This document shows positions 59,283 through 64,000 of a stretch of 64,000 nt of DNA, piece by piece. The position numbers and the translations under genes are program-made. This DNA is from an uncultured Gammaproteobacteria bacterium. GTDB lineage: Bacteria > Pseudomonadota > Gammaproteobacteria > Arenicellales > JAANXG01. The notes below the pieces were generated by a model. That model saw only the letters and a program-made list of their open reading frames with translations, was not told the origin of the DNA and searched no databases. Positions within the stretch are counted from its first letter, which is position 1, and every line of letters begins with the position of its first letter. The stretch is taken from assembly GCA_963731035.1 (NCBI GenBank), contig CAVSUY010000022.1, positions 4,887-68,886 of the forward strand, read 5' to 3'.

Positions 59283-61973
59283 TCAGCCCGGAGTGGGTCC
59301 CTGACTCACCCGGACGAGGTCCTTGGGGCGCAGCCACTTCTTGAAGGCGGCCTGGATCTCGGGTGCACCCAGCTTCAGGTAGCGGCGCGCGGCCCGGGTG
59401 GGCTCATCCAGTGGCAGGCCGAGGGTCTCTCGGTGGATGAAGCCGTTGGCGATGGCCTCGACTCCCGATTCGCCGAGCGGAATCTGGCGCAGCAGGTAAG
59501 CTTTCGCCTGCTCCAACTCGTGGTTGCTCACCGGCGTCTTTTGCATGGTCTCCAGCTCGCGTGCCACGATGTGCTGGACTCGCGACACGTTCTTCGGATC
59601 GCAGGCGTATTCGACGGAATACACGCCGCGGGTGCGACCGATATCGAGGTCCGACGAGACGTAGTAGACCAGACCCGCGTCCTTCCTCAGATCGCGCGTC
59701 AGGCGGGTCGAATAGAAACTTCCGCCCAGCACCGTGTTGCCCAGTGTCAGCGCATAGTAGTCCGGATCGGAGCGTGTCAGGCCGAGGGTCTGCGCCAGGT
59801 CCACGCTGTCCTGCACCCGGCTCGAATCAGGCACGGAAACAACGCTGACTTTGTTGCGAGGCGCCGCCGGCAGATCGGTATCGGGCTTGGGCCCCCGGGC
59901 CGTCCAACCGCCGAAGTACTTCTCGATTACCGCCTTGGCCCGGGACGGCGTCACCTTGCCGATGACGACGATAGTGGTCATGTCGGGACGGAAGACGTCA
60001 CCGTAGTAATCGCGCACATCCTCGAGGGTGAGGCTCGATACGGTGTCGGGAACCGCCTCACGCAGCACCGGGTCGTCTTTCGGAAAGAGCGCGGCGCGCA
60101 GCGCCCGCTGCGAGAGGTATCCCGGACTCTTGAGGCGGCTCGTCACCGTCTGCAGGGTCTGGCGTTTCACCACCTCGAAAGCCTTTTCGGGAAACGCGGG
60201 ATGCAGCTCATTGTCCGCCAGCAGCTCAACGCCACGGTCGAGCTTCCCGGCCAGCACCTGCAGGGAGAATTTCGCGCCCGCGTCCGCGCTGGCGCCGATT
60301 TCGTCCAGCGCTTTCTGGAAAGCGAGGCGATCCAGGTGCTCGGTGCCGTAGGAGAACAGATCGTCAAGCACCATGGACAAACCTTCCTCGCCGGGTGGCA
60401 CCTGCATCTGTGCGCGGTGCTCGACGTGGCCGACAACGGTGACCGTGTCGCTCACATCCTCCGGCTGGACGATCAGCTTGATCCCGTTGGGCAGCGTGCT
60501 CACCGTGGGCTTTGCGGTGGTCGCGGGGATCTTCAGGCGGCTCAGCGCCGTTTCGGCCCAGTGCGGCAGCTTGGTGGGCATGGCGTGTCCGAGAGAGATG
60601 TTTTCCTGGCCACCGAAACCGCCGGAGGCCACCGGCTTGCCGGAGCTCCGGGGTACCGTGGTCGCAACGACAGCCTGGTCCAGCGTCAGATACTTCCGCG
60701 CCGCGCGGTTGACGTCGTCGACGGTGACCTTCTCGATGCGTGCGAGATCCTGGTCCGGCGAGTCGAGGCCGTAGACCGCCACCGCCTCCGACCAGACCTG
60801 GGCCAGGCCCTCGATGGAATTCTTGGTGAGCTCCAGGTCCCGCCTTTCCTGCAATTTTGCCGCCCGCACCAGGTCCGGCGACACGCCGTGCTCGGCGATC
60901 CGGGCCAGGATGCCCCGGATCTCTTTGTTCAGCCCGTCGATGTCGCTGCCTTCGGGCACGCTCACCGCCGCATAGCCGAATCCCGCCCCGGGCATCGGGT
61001 CGTAAGAGAAGCTCGCGTCGAATGCCTTTCCCTGCGGCACCAACTGGTACAAGTCGCCCCGCTGGCTGCTCAATACATCCGCGAGCACCTCGACTGCGGG
61101 ATAGTCCGGGCTGTCCAGACCCGGCATGCGCAGCGCAATAACGTGCTCGGCGTAAGGCAGATCGCTGTCGACGGTGAACGACTGTGACTTCACCGGAAGC
61201 AGGTGGATCTCTGGACGCGCCGGCAGGCGCTTCTCGGGGATCGATCCGAACAGCTTCTTGATGTGGCGCAGCGTGGATTCGGGATCGACGTTGCCCACTA
61301 CCACCAGGACAGCGTTGTTGGGGGCATACCATTTGTCATAGAAAGACTTCAGATCGGCGCCCGCCGTCTTGTCGAACGACGGTCTCGTGCCCAGCGCATC
61401 ATGCTCATAAGCCGTGCCCTTGAACAGCGCGCCGAGCACCTTCGTGTACATCACGTAGTTGGGACTGGATAGATCCTGGGCCACCTCCTGTTCGATGGCG
61501 CCGCGCTCCTGCTTCCAGTCTTTTTCGCTGTCTTCGACGCCGCGCATTCTCACCGCTTCGATGTGCAAAGCGGTATCGAGGTCTTCCGCCGGTACGGTGA
61601 AGTAGTATTGGGTGATCGTATGGCGGGTGTCGGCGTTGAAACGTCCGCCCATGACGCTGCCGATGTAAGCGAGCTGGTCGGCCGACAGCCCGGGGCTGCC
61701 GCGGAACATCATGTGCTCCTGGGCATGGGCGGTGCCGGGAAACCCCGCCGGCGTTTCGTTGGAGCCCGCCAGGTAGTTGACGACTGTTGTCGCCACCGGC
61801 GCCAGCGTGTTGCGGACGACCACCACCCGCAGGCCGTTGTCCAGGGTGGCGCGCACCACGTTCGAGCCGGCCGCCAGGGTGTTGCCGGCGGCCAGCAGGA
61901 GCGCACAGGCGAAGCCGAGACGGGCCAGCCGGCGGTTGTTCAGTATTCGTAAGCGCAAGGAGAGTCTTTCCAT
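59283..61973 (-). CDS. M16-family zinc peptidase (double M16 unit, PqqL-like)
   Basis: Signal-like N-terminus MERLSLRLRILNNRRLARLGFACALLLAAG. HxxEH motif HAQEH. The track ORF N-terminal extension is rejected. Confidence 0.85.
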   Translation of the reverse strand: MERLSLRLRILNNRRLARLGFACALLLAAGNTLAAGSNVVRATLDNGLRVVVVRNTLAPVATTVVNYLAGSNETPAGFPGTAHAQEHMMFRGSPGLSADQLAYIGSVMGGRFNADTRHTITQYYFTVPAEDLDTALHIEAVRMRGVEDSEKDWKQERGAIEQEVAQDLSSPNYVMYTKVLGALFKGTAYEHDALGTRPSFDKTAGADLKSFYDKWYAPNNAVLVVVGNVDPESTLRHIKKLFGSIPEKRLPARPEIHLLPVKSQSFTVDSDLPYAEHVIALRMPGLDSPDYPAVEVLADVLSSQRGDLYQLVPQGKAFDASFSYDPMPGAGFGYAAVSVPEGSDIDGLNKEIRGILARIAEHGVSPDLVRAAKLQERRDLELTKNSIEGLAQVWSEAVAVYGLDSPDQDLARIEKVTVDDVNRAARKYLTLDQAVVATTVPRSSGKPVASGGFGGQENISLGHAMPTKLPHWAETALSRLKIPATTAKPTVSTLPNGIKLIVQPEDVSDTVTVVGHVEHRAQMQVPPGEEGLSMVLDDLFSYGTEHLDRLAFQKALDEIGASADAGAKFSLQVLAGKLDRGVELLADNELHPAFPEKAFEVVKRQTLQTVTSRLKSPGYLSQRALRAALFPKDDPVLREAVPDTVSSLTLEDVRDYYGDVFRPDMTTIVVIGKVTPSRAKAVIEKYFGGWTARGPKPDTDLPAAPRNKVSVVSVPDSSRVQDSVDLAQTLGLTRSDPDYYALTLGNTVLGGSFYSTRLTRDLRKDAGLVYYVSSDLDIGRTRGVYSVEYACDPKNVSRVQHIVARELETMQKTPVSNHELEQAKAYLLRQIPLGESGVEAIANGFIHRETLGLPLDEPTRAARRYLKLGAPEIQAAFKKWLRPKDLVRVSQGPTPG

Positions 61974-62149
61974 ATTGCCTCGCATGGATTTGTTGGTTGC
62001 TTCCGGGTTGGAGCCGGGGGACACGCAGCTAACGCATACTCCCGGTTCGTCGCGTACCCACTGAGACCAATCGGCGACAAAAGCGTTCCCTGACGCGTCC
62101 GTCGCGGGATCCGAACCGCGGGAGAAAAGACCCTTCGGTACACGTCCTT

Positions 62150-63055
62150 TCAACCGGTGTTGCGCTGAAACCAGTCCACCACCGCCGCAATGATGGCGCG
62201 GTCGGGGTGGCGGGCGCCGAGGATGTACCCGTATCCCTGCCTCTCCACGACCGGATCCATGCGCACCAAGGTGCCCTCCTCTATCATCGACTCCACCAGG
62301 CCGGACCAGCCCAGCGCCAGGCCATTGCCTTCGACCGCCGCGTTCAACAGCAAGGGATAGTTGTTGTAATGGAAGCGCGTGCGGGCCGGCGCGTCCAGGC
62401 CGGCGAGCTGGCACCAGCGGCTCCAATCCAGCCAGCGCGCGTTATGGGCGTCCATGTGCAGCAACGGCACCCGCGCCAGCGCATCGCTGTCGACTACGCC
62501 GCCGAGATCGTAGCGCGCGGCACATCCCGGGCTGCACACGGGAAATACCGATTCGTGAAACAGGGGCCACTCGTCCTCGCCACGCTGGTCGAAGCGGTCG
62601 AAACGGATGGTCAGGTCGGCGCTGGTCATCTCCGGGGCATCGTCGCGATCAACGGGAATTACCTCGAACTGGGTGCCGGGAAACGCCGACTCGAGACGCG
62701 CCATGCGCGGCAGCAGCCAACGATGGGCGAACCCGAAGTGCACCGCGAACATCAGCTCACGGTGCAGTGCATGGGCCCGCGACTGGAGCCGCCGGGTGGC
62801 GCCGACGAGCCGGCGCAGCGCGGCGGCGGTGTCCTCGTAGTATTCCTGACCGTTGCGGGTGGGACGCAGCCGCCGGCTGGTGCGGTCGAACAAGGGAACG
62901 CCCACGGCATCCTCCAGTGCCCGGATTCGCTGGGAAACGGCGGGCTGGGTGCTGCCCAGCTCCCGGGCTGCCGCGGTCATGGACCCGAGGCGCGCTGCCG
63001 CCTCGAAGGCCGCAATAGCCTTCAGGGAAGGCAGTGGTCGGTCTTCTTCGCTCAT
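62150..63055 (-). CDS. LysR-family regulator
   Basis: LPSLKAIAAFEAAARLGSMTAAARELGSTQPAVSQRIRALE. Confidence 0.85.
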   Translation of the reverse strand: MSEEDRPLPSLKAIAAFEAAARLGSMTAAARELGSTQPAVSQRIRALEDAVGVPLFDRTSRRLRPTRNGQEYYEDTAAALRRLVGATRRLQSRAHALHRELMFAVHFGFAHRWLLPRMARLESAFPGTQFEVIPVDRDDAPEMTSADLTIRFDRFDQRGEDEWPLFHESVFPVCSPGCAARYDLGGVVDSDALARVPLLHMDAHNARWLDWSRWCQLAGLDAPARTRFHYNNYPLLLNAAVEGNGLALGWSGLVESMIEEGTLVRMDPVVERQGYGYILGARHPDRAIIAAVVDWFQRNTG

Positions 63056-63150
63056 AAGATTATTGCATGTCGCCTATCATCAATCATTGAATTTACAGCA
63101 AATCACATCCGGTTCCATAATGCGCTCACCAGCAACCCCAGGACTCCTCC

Positions 63151-64000
63151 ATGACTCGCGTACGATTCGAAATCGATACCGCCGCGGCGCGGATCGTCGC
63201 CTGCCTCGACCGGGGCCAGGTGGAGCTGCCTGCCCTGTGGCTCCGCGAGCGCTCCCGGGACCCCGAGCAGCTCGACCCGCAGACTCACCAGCGGCTGTTC
63301 AATCCCCACCAGTTGCCGGACGATCTGACTCTGACCGCCGTGGAATCGGGCGAACCCGGGCAGGCCCGGGTGAGCTTCAGCGACGGCTACCGTGGCTGCT
63401 ACGAGCTGCAGGCACTCGCGGACGAGCTCGACCCGGACGACGGCGTTCCCGCGCCCCGGCCGTGGGACGCGACCCTGGACCGCCGGGAAGTAAGCTTCGA
63501 CTGGCGCCTGCTGACCGATACCGCGCACATGCACGCGGCGCTGGGCGAATTCCTGGCCAGGGGCTTCCTGATCCTGCGGCAGGTCCCGACCGATCCGCAG
63601 CGTATTCTCGAGGTAGCGCGCAGTTTCGGCTACCTGCGGGACACCAACTTCGGTTTGTATTTTGAAGTGTATTCGCGACCGGTATCCAACGACCTGGCTT
63701 ACAGCAGTCAGGCGCTCGGCCCCCACACCGACAATCCTTACCGTGAGCCGGTGCCCGGCATTCAGCTCCTGCACTGCCTGGTGAACGAGACCAGCGGCGG
63801 GCTGTCCGCCCTGGCGGACAGCCTGGCCGTCGGGAGGGCATTGGCGGAAGAAGACCCGGAAGCGTTCGAGCGGCTCGCCACCACACCGGTGCGGTTCCGC
63901 TTCCTGGACGCCGAGGAAGAGTTCATCGAAAGGCGGTTCATCATCCGGCGCGATGCCCTGGGACGGATGACCGGCGTGCACTATAGCCCGCGTATGGACT
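63151..64000 (+). CDS. TauD/gamma-butyrobetaine-dioxygenase-like 2OG-Fe(II) oxygenase (3' end off window)
   Basis: Translated by hand from ATG 63151: MTRVRFEIDTAAARIV... and ALGPHTDNPYREPVPGIQLLHC (HxD). Open to the window end, hence absent from the ORF track. Confidence 0.8.
   Translation, partial: MTRVRFEIDTAAARIVACLDRGQVELPALWLRERSRDPEQLDPQTHQRLFNPHQLPDDLTLTAVESGEPGQARVSFSDGYRGCYELQALADELDPDDGVPAPRPWDATLDRREVSFDWRLLTDTAHMHAALGEFLARGFLILRQVPTDPQRILEVARSFGYLRDTNFGLYFEVYSRPVSNDLAYSSQALGPHTDNPYREPVPGIQLLHCLVNETSGGLSALADSLAVGRALAEEDPEAFERLATTPVRFRFLDAEEEFIERRFIIRRDALGRMTGVHYSPRMD

Overview
GC-rich (~64%) proteobacterial chromosome segment. REP/RAYT elements, split NrdJa/NrdJb and NarGHJI suggest a gammaproteobacterium (inference). 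It splits into four parts. (1) 1-11.9 kb is an accessory, cassette-like region of small, mostly minus-strand genes: K+ channel, JmjC-like cupin, S74-domain protein, NYN-LOTUS protein and a PD-(D/E)xK nuclease-like pair. Several genes here are broken (CSD-DUF1294, nhaA, DUF222-HNH, a PD-ExK gene). Six co-oriented copies of a 28-nt core sit at the gene junctions. (2) 11.9-28.3 kb is core metabolism: dcd, nrdJa/nrdJb, bcr, two msrA genes, ald, an aminotransferase and LysR regulators, with REP elements between genes. (3) 28.3-40.3 kb is a glycan or protein-modification locus. It holds a compact minus-strand operon (small N-x-S/T-rich Cys protein, GT4, two sulfotransferases, acyltransferase). Next to it lies a ~2.9 kb ORF-free tract with a V-shaped GC profile (minimum ~32%), CTAG excess and GG/CC depletion. 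That tract is followed by a T-depleted GT4 fossil and four more frameshifted plus-strand genes. This is the most unusual signal in the window. (4) 40.9-64 kb is core again: lhr, a RAYT flanked by inverted REPs, narK-narGHJI plus a PPIase, an M16 peptidase, a LysR regulator and a TauD/BBOX-like gene. All frameshifts found lie in accessory genes, and the large core genes (up to 1402 aa) are intact. Many long antisense or out-of-frame ORFs in the track are GC-driven shadows and were rejected. All counts are hand counts from the sequence. No database search was possible.
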